From: Lama glama
Taxonomy: Eukaryota
Assembly (NCBI GenBank): GCA_028534125.1
Contig: CM052816.1
Coordinates: 7,936,001 to 8,000,000 of the forward strand
Direction: 5' to 3'
Length of the DNA: 64,000 nucleotides
Shown here: positions 25,260 through 38,100 of the stretch, piece after piece
Layout of the letters: every line of letters begins with the position of its first letter
Position numbering within the stretch: position 1 is the first letter of the stretch
Translations under genes and position numbers: made by a program
Notes under the pieces: generated by a model
What the model was told of the DNA's origin: nothing
The model's database searches: none
The model's input: the letters and a program-made list of their open reading frames with translations, nothing else

Positions 25260-25580
25260 AGAAGTGCGCTGTCCAATGTGGTGGCCACTGGCCACATGTG
25301 CCGCTCAGCATTTGAAAGGTGATGAGTTCATACTGAGATGTGCTGTAATGCACACCAGGTTTCAAAGACTTAGAACCCAAAGAAGAGTGTAAGGGTCTCA
25401 TTAATGACTTTGTTGTTTAGATTTATTACATGTTAAAATGGTGCTCTTTGGGATTTAAAGGAATGTATTAGGAAAATTAATTTCTCAGTCTTTTTTTTTT
25501 ACCTGTACTTTTTACTTTTTAGAGTGGCTTTTAGAAAACATAACAAGATGTATGTGCTTGCATTTCTTTCCATGAACAGG
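25260..25580. mobile_element. MER3/MER33-type hAT-Charlie element
   Basis: gcgctgtccaat.tggtggccactggccacatgtg...tactgagatgtgctgta...tttcaaagacttag motifs. Confidence 0.7.
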
Positions 25581-27504
25581 GCTGGCGTAGAGATCAGGAG
25601 GGCAGCCTCTCTAGAGCCACCCTCTGGGCTTCGAATTGTGTTCTGTATTCTGTCACTCAATAGCTATGAGACCTTGGGCAAGCTATGTACCTCTCTATGC
25701 TCGGTTTCCTCATCTGCCAAACTAGGATAATGATAGTAGCGACCTCTCATGGCTTCGTTGTACCTGGTGCGGGGAAAGCACTCAGTAAAGGCCAGCTGTC
25801 AGGGGACCACTTGGCCCTGGGATAAGTGATATGCTTGGATTATCTCATACCTCGGTAGGTGCTGGGCTCCCCATCACTGGCAGAGATCAAGCAGAGCCTG
25901 GGAAACACCTTGACAGGCTGCTCTAGTGGGAGTCCAAAAGTTGAATGCAGGTAGGGGAGTTCCAGGCTGGAATGGTCTTTGAAGTTGGCTCCCAGCACAG
26001 CCACTGCGTTATGCTACTCTCTGCCCTCGGCTTGGGGTTCTCTCCTCATCCTTTCTTCCTCCCCGTGCTCTCCTTGCCCTTCTCAAATATTCATTCAATC
26101 CAACTGAATGTAATAAACGCCTGTAGGTGCCGCTGGGAACGAGCACCGTGCAGGACACTGGGGAGAACAGAGGGGAAGCAGAGGTGGTTCCTCTTATCCA
26201 GGAGTGTAGTGTGGGCGGAAGGGCATGAGACAGGGGCTTGAATAGCTATAATATGAGATGGGAGGTGACAAGGGCCATGAGGAGCTACTCAATCTCTCTG
26301 AGCCTCCATTTCCCCATCTGAAAATTAGGACGATGTCAGCACCACCTTCTAGGCATTTTTGTGAGGATTAAATGAAATAATGTGGGAGAAGCACTTGGCA
26401 CCATCCCCTCCCTCATTCTGGGCATGCTATCTTTATTAATGCAGCCTACCATCACATTAGCTTTTTTTTCTCCCTTTCAATCGCTACACCTCTGCTGGAT
26501 TATATTGTCCTTATGGTTCACAAAGACATCACTATACCACTGCTACTTTTAAGCTACAACTCCCACACCCTGTACTTGTACAGCTGGCATTTTAAGCCCA
26601 GTGGAGGACTCTGATATGTATTTTAGTTAGTTTGGCCCTCTATTGGAAAGGATTCTCAGTGAGTGGTTGAGCCAAGATAAAACAAAGTAATATACACCAC
26701 CACCCACCCCTCCATATACACATACAAATGAAATAAAATAATGGAAGGGAAACATGTTTTGTCAACAGGCATCCAAAGCTACTATTAAGGAAGCTCAAGA
26801 CACACTTGTTGAGGCAATGGCTAGCCAGCTGAACAAGTGTGAGGATGAGAGGTACTGGCAGGTAGGGTCTAGGGGACAGAGGTAAGTCTCAGGGGTCAGG
26901 GCAGGTGATGAAAGGAAGCTACAAGTTATGGAGGAAGATGCTGGAAGAGGAAGCAGGAGGGCACTGAGCCTAAATGTGATGATGTGTTTGTCTGACCTCG
27001 ACCCCTTGCCTCTCCTCTCTGCTGAAGCCTTGGCTCAGCTCACGCAGAGACATCCAGCCTTGCTCCCTCTGCTCTCTGTGACTTCCCTTCCTGGGGCCTG
27101 AGAAGGGCAGCATCATGTTGCTGGTCACATGGCGTGGACGGTGGGGGTGGAAGTGTTGATCCCAGGGCCTGGCACGGCGCCAGAGCCCAGTGCCCTCAGG
27201 GGCGGCGAGGGGGATGTGCCCCGGGGCCCGTGCCCCGGGGCCCTGCCGCTAGGAGCCTGCTTTCCCATCTGCAGACGGGGGCTAATTACAGCACCCGCCT
27301 CGTGGGGCTGTTGTGAGGCTTAAACAAGTTCATCCAAGTAGAGAGCTTAGCACCGAACAGTAAGTGTGCAGCAGGTGTTATAGTCATCGCAGCGAGGGGC
27401 TGAGCTGGTGTGTGTTGCGGGGGCCGAGGGGAACGAGGTGGTCAGGCCAGAGGAGCTGCACAAACCCTCTGTCCCAGCACCTGCCCTCCAGCTCAGAGCT
27501 CTGT

Positions 27505-27742
27505 GCCGTGTGTCTGTGCATGTGTGTGTGTGTGTGTGTCTGTATGCGTATGTGTGTATTGTGTATACATGTGTACGTCTGTATGTGTCTGTGTATATAT
27601 GTGTGTATGTGCCTGTTTGTGACTGTATGTGTGTATCTGCGTGTATATGTGTGTTGTGTGTGCATGTATCTGTGTGCCTCTCTGTGACTATGTGTGACTA
27701 TGTATACCTGTGTGTCACTGTGTCTCTGTGTGTGTGTGTGAG
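27505..27742. repeat. Degenerate (TG)n low-complexity tract
   Basis: About 240 bp of interrupted TG/TATG repeats. Confidence 0.9.
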
Positions 27743-30700
27743 CGCGGGCACACGCACGCATGTGGCGGGAGTTGCTGGAGTCTGTCTGCAGAGCTGCTGG
27801 GAGGGGCCAGGAGGTGGCTCGGCCAGACCAAACAACCCCAGCACTTGGAGCTCCAGGCTTTCCTCTGACTCTGTTTGCTCTCTCTCCTTTCCGGTCCCCC
27901 TTCAGCTGGTTCCTGCTTCCAGTGAGCAGAGCTGGAAGGAGGCCCTGGCAGGGTTGGAACAGGGCCCTCCCCTTCCCCTCTCCCCACAAGGTTTCCACCC
28001 TCGCCTCCACCTCTCCAGTCTCTGCCTCACCTCCCCGGGACCCTGCACAGGCACCGTCCCTCTCTGACCCTCAGTTTCCCTCGTTTTCCTTTTCCTGAAG
28101 ACCCTCCAGGTAGGAAGCCATCCCACCAGCCCTGCCGGCAGGGGCAGTGAGGAGCACTGGCACTGCCCCTGCTCTGCCCGGGGACGGGGACAGGGCAGAG
28201 CATTCCTCTAGGAGGTATTTGTGGCAAGACCTGCAACCAATCCTGAGGGGGGAAGCCCTCCTGGGGTTCCAGAGCCGCTAGCTGCCTGGCCTCTCTCCTG
28301 TGACCCTGACTGGGGACTAACAGGGCTGTTTGGAGTGAGCACTTCCAGGGCAGGGGCCCCTGAGATCAGCCCAGGACCAGGCCTTGGGCCTCCAGGTTCC
28401 CACTCAGCTAGAGCAGTGTTCCCTGAGCACCTACTATGTGCTGGGAGTTTCCCATTGGCTGGTTTAATCCCCTGTAAGATTGGTAGGTACTCTCCTGGGC
28501 CCAATTTTACAGCTGAGGGAACTGAGACTCAGAGGGTGAAGTCACCTACTAGAAGTGACAGAGCCAGTGGAACCCAGGCCTGGGAAAGAGTTGGGGCCCT
28601 CCCCTCCTCTCAGGGCACGTGGCTCTGTGTCTCCTTCTCCTCTCTGTGAAGTGGCAATGACACATGCTCCCTAAGTCAGTGGAGTTATCCACAGGCCTGG
28701 TACCTTTGAGCTACTATTTATCGAGTGCTGGATACAGCATGTGCCAGGCCTTCTGTCCCATAATCTCCTGACTCTTCGTGACAACCCATTTTATAGATCA
28801 GGAAAGTCGAACTGAGGAAGATGCAGTGACCTGGCCATATCCCGCATCTGCGGCAGGAGCAGAGCACTGGTCCACCTGATCTCTCCTTTTTCTTTTTCCC
28901 TAACCCAGTAACAAACCTCAGCTTCCCTTGCCTGAAGTTCATATTGTCGGTAGATCTGGGTGGGACTCTATAGGTGAACTGCTTTGTCTCCCCTCCATAC
29001 TCAGCCTGTAGCAAACCTAGGAAAAAAGGTGAAGCCTAAGGAGGTAGAGCCCCAGGGCATCGCTTTGGGTAGAGACGCTAAGTTTAACTGGAGTCCTCTG
29101 CCTCCATCTGAACCCATGGCTTATCCCACTACAGGGGACGACGTACTTAAGCAGACCATGGTCACTGGAAGAGTTTCATTTTCCGAATGAGAATGTTTCT
29201 TTAGGAAAAGTTTGCTCTTTAAGCCCACATCCTCCCCACTAAGCAGTGCCCCCTCCCACACCGCGGCCAGGCTGATCTCTCTATAATGATGCCCGTAAAT
29301 CTGCCCAGGTCTCTGTTTGCCCTTGGCCTTGGGTGTAGCTGCTGGTAGTTCTGCAAGACCCACAAGGCCACTGAAAGCCGGTTAGAATGTGATAAGTTCT
29401 GCAAGCAAGGACTTTGCCCCTGACCCTGGCCAGCTGCTTCCCCAGGGTTTGAAAAATCTAGGCCAGGGCCCAAGGGAAGCTGGGCCCAAGGAGTGTGGAT
29501 GACTCCCTGTGGCCCATCCCTGCTCCAGGGAGCCCAACCCCAAACTCACAGGGCTTGTCCCCCAACTCCTCGGAAAGGCACCCTTCTAGAGGAACAAGAA
29601 CCCTGTAGAGGTAAATGGATGTTGCTCCATCCGAGGGCAGGGCTAGAAAATTACTTCAGCCTCACTGAGGACAATGTCTCCGAGGACCAGTAGGGACACT
29701 GAGGCCCCAAGAGGGCAGGAGCCTGCCCTGGGCTACCTCACCTGCACCTGCTGCCTCCCCAAGAAGGGGCTGTGCATTCATCCCCACCAAGGATTCCATC
29801 CACACCCCTGAGCCCTCTGGATGCCCTCTTCCCACTGCAGGATGAGACAGGGCAGGCAGTCTGGGAGGATGTACTTCCTGCAGCAGGGCAGCGCCGTGCT
29901 TGCCTAGAGAGCTGGTGATGAGACAAATCACCAGTGGAAATCCATGGAAAAACAAGCATCATCATGAGTAACAACAGTGGGCCGCTCAGTAAAGGAGTGG
30001 GGTGGTGGGCATGGGGGAGTGCGTCCTCCATGGTACCAGCTCCACCCAGCCCAGCCCAGAGAAGCCCCAGGCGGGGAGCTTTACTAAGGTGCTCCCCACA
30101 CCCCTGTATCCTCCCAGTGCACCTTTCCTGGATCAGTCCTAGGCTGGCACATAAAATGTAGCCAAATGGCCAGGGAGCTGGAGCTGAATGGCAGGAAAGG
30201 CTGAAGCTAGGGCGGCCCCTCGCCTCCCCACCCATCGCAGCGATTCAGTGCAAGGCTGAGGCCAGACAAAGCACTTGAGAATGTCAGTCAGGGAACAACC
30301 TCTTTCTCCAACTCCCTGCCTCTGACCTTGGGCACCCAGCCTCAACCTGGGATGGGCTGATCTTTTTCCCAGCTCTGCTCATTCCATTCCTGGTCCTTTC
30401 CCCCGCAGCATACACAGCACGCACATGCAGACACAGACACACACACACACACACAGACTTTTACTCCAATCACAGAATTTTAAGTCTGCTAATTTGTGGA
30501 GGCCAAAAGATGATCCACACAGCAGAGCGTATCTCTGGGTTATAGATAGCCAGAACCAACACTCTCACGAGCAGTTAAAAATGATAGAAGCATAAAGAGA
30601 TCCTGTTGCCAAAATGGACAGGAGCCCAGGGGTCTCCTAGCAGTCCCTAGTCTTCATTCATCTTAGGTGGTTTATATTTTTGTTTAAATCCACCCCTGGG

Positions 30701-31572
30701 TTTGATGTGCTTTTATATATTTTCCCCTAATGAGGTAAAAATAACACACAACCCTTGTTAAAACAAAAACTGGCAGTTCATGTGGCATCCTCTCCTGAGC
30801 TGCTGGCACTGTGCACATCACATTTTGGGAAATAATATCTTAGTCCAACCTTGTCATTGTGCGGATGGAAACTGAGGCCCAGAGTCGGGAGGAGACCCGT
30901 CCAACATCCAGAGCAAGGCAGTGGCAGGGCCACCACTAGAACCCAGAGCCCAGCTCCCCACAAGGCTTGCTCTTTAGGGAAAGAAGACTCAGGACTCAGG
31001 TCATAGGGCCCCCCAGGGGGTGCCCCTATTTGCCACAGAATCTGTGTGCAGCCTTTCTCCAAGGAGCCCTTGTCCCAGTCATCCTTGACCCCTCCGGGCT
31101 TGATCAGCCCCCATGCTGTCTCCCTGATGCTGCAGGCAAGCTGGCCCCTGTCTTGGGCTTGGTTTCCTCACCTTCTAGGGCTATAGTGAAGATGCCAAGC
31201 TCCCAGAGACAAGCACTCTGAAAAAGATGACAGCAGATGCAGGAGAAGAGATTGTTATCAGCCCCTTACTCTACACCTCAGTCTTTCTCTCCGGGAAAAG
31301 GGTAGAGGTTGTATGGGTGTGAGAAGACTGAACTGGGCTAGAGGGAAAATAAGGGAGGATGGTGGCCACTGGGTAGTCCCAGCATAGAAAGACAGCCACC
31401 AACTCCGCTTGGGTGTCTCCTCACCCCAGAAGACCCTCCCAGGAGGCAGCCAGCAGGCTCCCGGGCTCTGGGTGTTAGGTAGGGGTCTGCCCAGGACTCA
31501 GGCCACAGGAGGCCAAGGGGGAGGCCCTTTTGGCCCTGTGAGCAGGGACGCCCCACTGACATGCAGACATGC

Positions 31573-31574
<2 letters not shown>

Positions 31575-31618
<44 letters not shown>
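31575..31618. repeat. (AC)22 microsatellite
   Basis: Perfect AC run read directly. Confidence 0.95.
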
Positions 31619-31620
<2 letters not shown>

Positions 31621-32006
31621 CATGCAACATGCACACACAGAACTCACACATTCACCCACCCTCTGACATGCTGTCTCCTGTACAAATGCAAATGACCCCA
31701 ACCCTCCCTACCCCACCACCCCGGGGCACACAGTGGGGTCCAGCCTGCATCTTTCCTCCCCCCAGTCCCAAGCCCCAGGCTTGGCGGAGTCTCTGTCCCG
31801 CTGCCTGGGAGACACATGTGGTTTCAGTTAGCAGCAGAGCGGGCATTTCCGTCCCAGACAGCGGGGCCCTGCCAGGGCCCCGGCCCCACAGGCGCCCGCA
31901 AGAAGGGCCACCTTGGTCCTCACTCCTCCACCGGCCATCCCAGGGACCCGGGGGGCCCCTCGCCCCTGGAAGACCCTGGTCTTGTCCTCCGAGGTCTCTC
32001 GCTCAC

Positions 32007-32106
32007 CTGGAGCCAGAATCCGCACCCCGTCTCGCAGGGACCGGCTATGCCCGGGCCTCCAGCCACGGCTGCCCGCCTGCCTCTTCACTCCCGCTCTGTC
32101 TCAAGC
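32007..32106 (-). other. SYNPO: Probable non-coding first exon of SYNPO; 5' end and TSS hidden in the N gap
   Basis: CpG-enriched stretch ending in a good donor CTCCAG|gtgagc (GT at 32006-32005), no ATG, about 15 kb upstream of the coding exon; consistent with my recollection of a short non-coding first exon in human SYNPO. Confidence 0.65.
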
Positions 32107-35100
32107 NNNNNNNNNNNNNNNNNNNNNNNNNNNNNNNNNNNNNNNNNNNNNNNNNNNNNNNNNNNNNNNNNNNNNNNNNNNNNNNNNNNNNNNNNNNNNN
32201 NNNNNNNNNNNNNNNNNNNNNNNNNNNNNNNNNNNNNNNNNNNNNNNNNNNNNNNNNNNNNNNNNNNNNNNNNNNNNNNNNNNNNNNNNNNNNNNNNNNN
32301 NNNNNNNNNNTGCAAACACGCACATGCAGAGTGCTGACTTCTGGAGCATTTCAAAACCCAAAGAAAAAGCCCCCGGTGACACCGGACACTCAAGAATAAA
32401 TATGTTTCCAAAACCTCAGGCTCGCCTTGCCCCCTCTTACAGCCACCTGGAGGCCTTGGGGCTCTTTTTCTCCCACTGCCGTCCCTCCACCCCATCCACC
32501 TTCCACTCTGCAGCAGGAAAAGCAAGGCCTTGGAATCCAGCTCCCACCCCAGTCCTCTTTCCCAGGCCCCCCAGTCCCTAGCAGGGTCCCAGAGTGTCAG
32601 AGTTCCCACAGAGCTTAGAAATCTTTGCCCTCCTCATTTCAAAGACAGGGGTCCAAGGCTCAGAAAGGGGCAGGGACTTGCCTGAGGTCACACAGCAAAT
32701 CAGGAGCTTGAGCCAAGGGGCAGTGCCTTCTTCTTTCAACAGGAGGGATCCCCTACTTCCTCACCTTGGGTTAGGGGTGGGGAGACCCCAGGGCCCCAGA
32801 GGGAGGGCTGAGGTGTGGGCTGGGACAGTGCCCGTCTGCCTTTTCCACTACAGTGCTGCTCTGGGCGCCCATCCAGGGGAGACGTCAGCAGGGCTGGAGA
32901 CTGGGCCAGCCCCAGGAAATCCCCTTCAGGCTGGCAGATCCCAACAGGCCTGGAGGCCTCAGGTAAGGAGCCTCCCTCCCTGACAGCTCCGCTTCCAGTT
33001 CCCTTGTGCCTTCCATCTGTCCTCCATAAAGGAAAACAGAGGCCCAGAGATGGCCAAACCTTAGCCAAAGCCACACAGCAAGGTGATGGCAGTGGAAAAT
33101 TGAACCCGAGTCTTCAGACCCTGTGCTAGCTGGCACGCTTCACTGGTGAGCTCTTCCCCAGCCCCTCCAGACAGGGCCCCTTCCCCTAGTCTGCAGTTTC
33201 CCCTCTGATGTTTATTCTCCTTCCTCAACTCCTATTAGAGTCCAGTCCCTTCTCACCAGCTGCCTGCCCATCTATTTAGCTGAGTCATCAGCACAGTGCT
33301 TAACACGGAGTAAGCGCCCATAATAAATGTGAACAGTTTCTTATGATGGTATTGACTGAGTTCCTGCCCTGCACTGAGCCCCATGCCAGGCACATGAGAC
33401 AAGCTCACACCCTCCCAGGGCTGGTGGAAGAGAAAGAACCTCCTTTGTAGACATCTTCTCTCCATCTGGGGTGAAACTGAGGTTCAGATGCTTCCCCAGG
33501 CTACACCGGTGGTAGGTTATGGGGCTGGGCCTCCAACCAGGATTTCCTGACTCCAGCGTCAGTGCCTGGAACCCTCTGGGGACTCACTCATCACATGGCC
33601 CCCGCCCACCCTGGTTCCAAGACTGCCCAGTGCCATGTTGTTATTGAATGTTGTAAGAGAAGGCAGGTACACCCGCCAAATCCTTCGTGAAAGAGGGGCA
33701 TTGATGCAGGAACTAGGGACCTTGCTTCCTGGACTCGAGCTGCCATGAGCAGCTGTATGCTGTCCCTTCGGTAAGGACAGAGTTTTTCTCCTCTGTAAAG
33801 TGGAGATAACCGTTCCACTGAATTATGAAGGTCATGTGATATAAAGGTTGTGAGGGGAGCTTCGCCACATACGTAGTGATTTCCCCGTCTGGAATTTCAT
33901 GTTGTGCGTGGATCCTGGCATTAAATCCTGTCTAGGTTCCGACAGGCCCTGACTTGCCTCCTTGCCAGAGGGTGTCCCTTGCTGGAAGCTGCATCAGCCG
34001 CCAGAGTCAGGTTTCTGAAGAAGCCCCTGCATATTGTCACCCTCCAGCCGCCAGAGACCCCACAGCAGCTCCCAGTGCCCCACGGCAGCCAATGAATTAG
34101 AGGGGCAGTCAAGACCCCTGGGCCTCCCCACTCCTTCCCAGCCCAGACCTCTACCCGTGTCGGCCTGCCATCCTCAGGCCCCCAGGAAGCCCTCCTGCCT
34201 CCCAGTGATCTGAACCAGCACCCCCATCACCTGCCCAGTCACTTCCGCATCTATCCTCAGCTCACCGACGAGGAAGGTCCGTGAGTTTCAGGGCACAAAC
34301 TTGCTAGTCTTTACAGATGACAGCTCAGAGGCCTTTTTTTAAGAAAGGGGGGCTTCGGTTAAGTTCTTGGCTGGCTTCTGCAAGGAAGGAAGTTTCCCAG
34401 GCAAGTGAGAAGTTGTTGTCTTGGTACTAATTATTTCATAAGATAATAATAAACAGCTATTCCTGGAGCACTTCCTCTGTGCCCTACACTGTGCTAAGGT
34501 TTCCAATGCATTGTGTGCTCGTTCTTGACAACCTGACACCCATCAGAGGCAGGTAGGGAGGCTAACGTGTTTGCCTGAAGCCCCCCACGTGGCCTGCTGG
34601 GCACCAGCCCCTGCTCCTAACTGGCTTTTCAGTCAGTGTTTTCCATCCCATTGGCAGTGTGAGCCCCTGGAAGAGTGAGATTCAGCCTCAGACTCTCCAT
34701 TCACCCCACAGCAGAGCTGAGCTCAGTGCTCTGTTCTGAACTGGCGTTAGTGGATATGGGCTGCATGAGCACGGCCGTGGACCTGGTGAGGGTCTCTGCT
34801 GGAAGGGGCTGGCATGTCAGTGCACACGTCCGTCCACTGCTTCTTGGACTCCAGCAGCCACGAGCAGCTGTATGCTGTCCCTTCGCTGAGCTCTGCCCAG
34901 CCGTGACAGTGGTGTCGGAGGGCGGTGGGCACTCACATATGATCCTGCTGCTGAGGAGGGTGAGGGTTTTGACCCAGTGTGTTTTCAGCCCCGGCCTGGT
35001 CACCCTCCTTTGGCAATCCGGTGGTCCCCACTCCCAGGAGGTCACTATATTGATGGCCACAGTGCACTAGACCCCAGAGCACAGGAGGGCTCAGTGACCC

Positions 35101-38100
35101 GCCTATGTATGTGGACGGTGAGGAATGGGGAGGCTCCGTGTCTAGGAAAACAGTTTTTGAGCAGTGAGCTCAGAGTAAGGGGTGTTAAATGCAGGATTGA
35201 AACAATAGGAAACCCCAAAGCCCACGGCCCCCCACTCACCAATTTAGCAGAAGCCACAGAAAGACAGCAAGCAGGGATTATCTTCGTTTCCCAAGGCACG
35301 CACACCAAGACACAGCATTCGGTTCCCAAGTCCTATCACAGCCTTGCAGGTGAGCACCAGCCTTTACCTTCCAGGCTCCTCTGCTTGGGATCAGATTTGT
35401 AAAGAGAAGTCATGAGGGTCACCACCCTCAGTAACTGGGTCCTTGGCAGGACCAATGGGTATAAAAGTTATACATCATCTTCCTTTACCCTCTAGCCTCT
35501 ATGCACTGATTCAAGTCTTGAATAAACAGGGAGCCTGGGACAGAGCAGGAAGTGGCAACCCATTCTCAGTCCCCTGGTCAGCAGGACACTGTTCACCAGA
35601 TCCTGTCTCCTCAGGGGCCAAAGGATGCCCCCTCCCCAACCTGGGGCTGTGAGAGGGGTGGACCACAGGCCCAGGACCCCTCATCTCTGGCAGAGCAACA
35701 TTCACCAGGGCCCCCTCTGACACATGAGCCGTCCTGATCAGATCACCGGTAATTGAGTTGCTTTGGGGGGTAAATTCCATCCAGATGTGGAGGGCGGGGT
35801 GGACTTCCTGAGCAGAGCAGGGGCGGGGTACTGATACATGTGGGCCATGAAGCCAACCTGCCAGGCGCCTAGGAGGTCTGGGATAGAACATCGTCTTCTG
35901 AAAACGCCAGAAGTAGAATTTCAGGACCAGAACCTCTGAGTCCAACCCCCTTTAGGGGCAGATGGGGAAACTGAGGCCTGGAGAGCTTAGAGAGAAGAAG
36001 GGATTGGTCGACAGTGACTGGTGGTCCCAGATCTCCTATCTGGCCAGAGCTAAGTATGGGGGGTTTTAATGGAAAGAGGTAGGGTAGCCCCTTCCCTAGA
36101 AGTTCCCATCAGCTCTTGAATTGGGAGGTCAGAAGTAGGGGTCAGTGGGTAGGGAATCTGCAGATGGGAGAAGCTCTAATCACCTCCAGCTTAAACCCCC
36201 AAACCAGAGAGAGCTCTGTGTTCCATCTGCAAGGACTGGGGGAGAAGCCTCCAGGGGAAGCCCCCCCTCACCACCCACCCCTGCACGTTGTTGGGGAGTC
36301 TGTGGCCTGGGCCTCTTTTCCCAGGGGAGGCCCCTCCACAGTCCTCTCCTTTGACCTCCTCTGGGCCACATACCTTCCTGGCTCCTTGGGGCTGACTTAC
36401 TGGAAGGCAGGAAGAGGCCGGCCAGCCGTGGGGGTGGGGATGGGGATGGGGGGGGCATGAGAACTTGGAGAGAATGAGAGGAAATGAGGGGGGAGCTGGC
36501 TAGGTGGGGGGAGATTGAGAAGGGAATTTTTTTTCCTTCTGCCTCATGTTTTGGCTGCCTTAGTGTGAACATGTCTGGGCGCCTTATCTCGAAGGCCAGC
36601 ATGGTCTGCACGAGAAAGAAAACAGTGTCTGCGGCGAGAAGAATTACATCTTGATAAAATATCCCTTTGGAATGGCATTGTGGGTCTCTTATCAGCAGGC
36701 AGTGGGGCCCCACATACCTCCTGTCTGACTGTCCTCAGGCCTGCAGCCCCCTCTGTTTCTTCCCCATCCCCTGTCCCTCTACTCTGTTGCCTCCCCCAGA
36801 AGGTGGTACGTGCTGAAAATATCTGCGAAGCTAGGATACCCAAGTACCTGGTCCGGTCCCTGTGGCTGCTGCTGTGTGACCTGGGCCAAACCCCTTGCCC
36901 TCTCTGGGCCTCAGTGTCCCCTCAGTAAAGGGCAGTGAGGGATGCATGAGCCAGATGGTTTCTAAAGATCCTTCCAGCATTAACATTTGGCAATATTGCC
37001 ATTTTCTTACCTTGTGGTTCTCTGTGTTGTAAAGATTTCCGATACCCACCCAAAGGCCATCGCGCACTAAAAACCGTGCAAATCCCCTTCATTTCCATTA
37101 GACGCATGAAGCTCTTGTGTAAACCCCACGTAAAGCTACCCAGCCCAGAGCTTGCTCAGCTGAGAAGCGGCTCCTTTCCCACTCCCTCCTGAGCAGCCCT
37201 GGAAGAGTACAGGCTTTCAATTTTTTCTCAGCACAAATATCTTTTTCCTCAGAATACTTGCTACAGGGAAGTCCACATGGAAAATAGGCAAGTGAAGGAA
37301 TTGTGCCCATTCTGACCCATGCCCTGCATCCCCCACACTCTGGGAGGGTACAGACCAGCGGTACAGTGGACGGAGGTCTGGACACAGCTGTGGGAGCCCT
37401 GCTCAGCTGTGAGAACTTGGAAGACCCTCTTCCCATCTCTGAGCTTCAGTTTTGTCACCTAACAAAACTGGGGGGTAGCACTCACCATGCCCACCTCACT
37501 AACCAGCAGGTTGTTGAGAGATAGACTAAGTAAGAAATAGGTTAGTGATCTCTAAACCGTAGGAGCTCATCACCACCACTGAGAACTTGGAGTCTGTAAA
37601 TGTGAGACCTGGCAGGGCTTTTAGAGGCCATCTATCCTAGTCCTTTCTCATACAGGTGGGGAAACTGAGGCCCAGAGAGATGGGAAGGAATTTGATGATG
37701 GTCACACAGTGAGATGGCAACAGAACCAGGGGCAAAAGGAGAGAGCCAGGGAGATGGCTGGACCCCCTTCTTTGACCATCTTCAAAAGTAAGAGATGCCA
37801 GCTGTCAGGAAGCCCTGTCCGTAGGCTGTAGGGGGGACTTGTTGATTCGTGGAGGTTCTACCAGCTCGCATATCCAGTGGGAGTCTCTCTGAGATCCTCA
37901 GTCTGGACTTACCCTCTTCCAGCCTTCTGGCCCTGCAGGGCAGGGATGGGGAGAAAGCCCCTTTGTGTAGAAACCAAGGCCCAGCTCTGACTCGTGTTTT
38001 TGTTTCCTAAAGACCTGCCCCCTGGCAGAGAAGCCCCATCTGCACTCCCCCAGCCCCCGTCCCACCCAGCCAGCCTCCCCTGCCACCTTCCACATCGCCC

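Noticed and set aside
27364-28067. ORFs of 208 and 219 aa rich in CV or HT dipeptides
   Set aside because: Translations of the degenerate TG repeat.
31569-32609. Long ORFs crossing N gaps (also at 60-64 kb)
   Set aside because: Length is inflated by X residues; they are artefacts of the gaps.
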